64,000 bases of DNA, taken from the NCBI RefSeq assembly GCF_006345805.1, contig NC_042999.1:1364001-1428000 (forward strand). Direction: 5' to 3'. Origin of the DNA: Octopus sinensis. Taxonomy: Eukaryota. Positions within the stretch are counted from its first letter, which is position 1. Each line of letters opens with the position of its first letter. Both the position numbers and the translations under genes were made by a program. The notes under the pieces were generated by a model. That model had not been told where the DNA came from, did no database searches, and saw only the letters and a program-made list of their open reading frames with translations. This document shows positions 63,209 to 64,000 of the stretch, piece by piece.

Positions 63209-63569
63209 TATTAAATACCAGTATATACCAATTGATCAATATCCACAGACACCATCTGATAAGTTAGTATTTAAGTATATATGTATTTAAGTATATAATA
63301 AGTATATAATATGTAGTTCTAGATAATTTCTTTTCCTCCCTCTATTGTGGTAAAAGTTTGCTATATACTCAAAAGTATTCAAAAAACTTTTCATCCTTTT
63401 GTTATAATATTCTTCTTAATAATCTTCTGAATAACCCTAAATTTTAACTTTATACAATATAGCAATATTGTTTAAAATATTTAACTATAGTACTACATGA
63501 TAAGATTTCCCCTGTTTCATTATCAATGGTCTGCTAGTGGCCGGCCCCCTTAATTGTCAGCTAATATCT

Positions 63570-63785
63570 TGTTGGGCAGACAAACACACAGACAAAGACA
63601 CACACACACACGCAAACATACACACATATACGATAGGCTTCTTTCAGTTTCTGTCTACCAAATCCATTCTCATAGTTTTCATTGACCTGAGGCTGAAGTA
63701 GAAGACACTTGCCCAAGGTGCCATGCAGTAGGACTGAACCCAGAATCATGTGGGTTAGATGCAAATTTCTTACCACACAGCCACA
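63570..63785 (-). mobile_element. S2 SINE head and CORE-like region
   Basis: gaagacacttgcccaaggtgcc...cttaccacacagccac. Confidence 0.85.
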
Positions 63786-64000
63786 TTGTCACTTATACAT
63801 TTATATATATTTATTCATTCATATATACATATAGTCACATAAAAACAAATATATATACATAGAAATGCACACACACACACATATATATACACACAGAAAT
63901 GCACACACACTTATATATACATATATGAAATAAAAAATAAATGTGTCCTTTTTAAAGCCTTGCCAGGCTCATAGGCCTGGTTTCCCAGTTTCTATGGCAT

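Overview
AT-rich, repeat-dominated eukaryotic DNA. The SINE families, RTE tails and microsatellite load look like an octopus (cephalopod) genome; that assignment is an inference from repeat content. I found no intact protein-coding gene, rRNA, true tRNA gene or CRISPR array, and nearly all listed ORFs are microsatellite or repeat artefacts. The window holds dozens of tRNA-derived SINE copies (at least five families), decayed RTE LINE fragments, decayed mariner, Tc1, maT, Tigger and hAT-type transposons and MITEs, several fold-back palindromes, a 39-bp minisatellite and a few candidate small plus-strand exons. The main unexpected signal is hammerhead ribozyme (HHR) motifs in several unrelated non-coding repeat families. 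(1) A ~580-nt repeat has a canonical type I HHR with a compensatory stem II change between copies (11426-11516, 13310-13401). (2) A tRNA-headed SINE-like element carries a minimal HHR in its tail and a Penelope-style inverted partial duplication at all three loci. (3) Two diverged paralogues keep every invariant core base (54261, 56303). (4) There is an isolated HHR at 62984-63026. Two RTE fragments also show 5'-inversion (twin-priming-like) structures. Repeat boundaries are approximate and read by eye.
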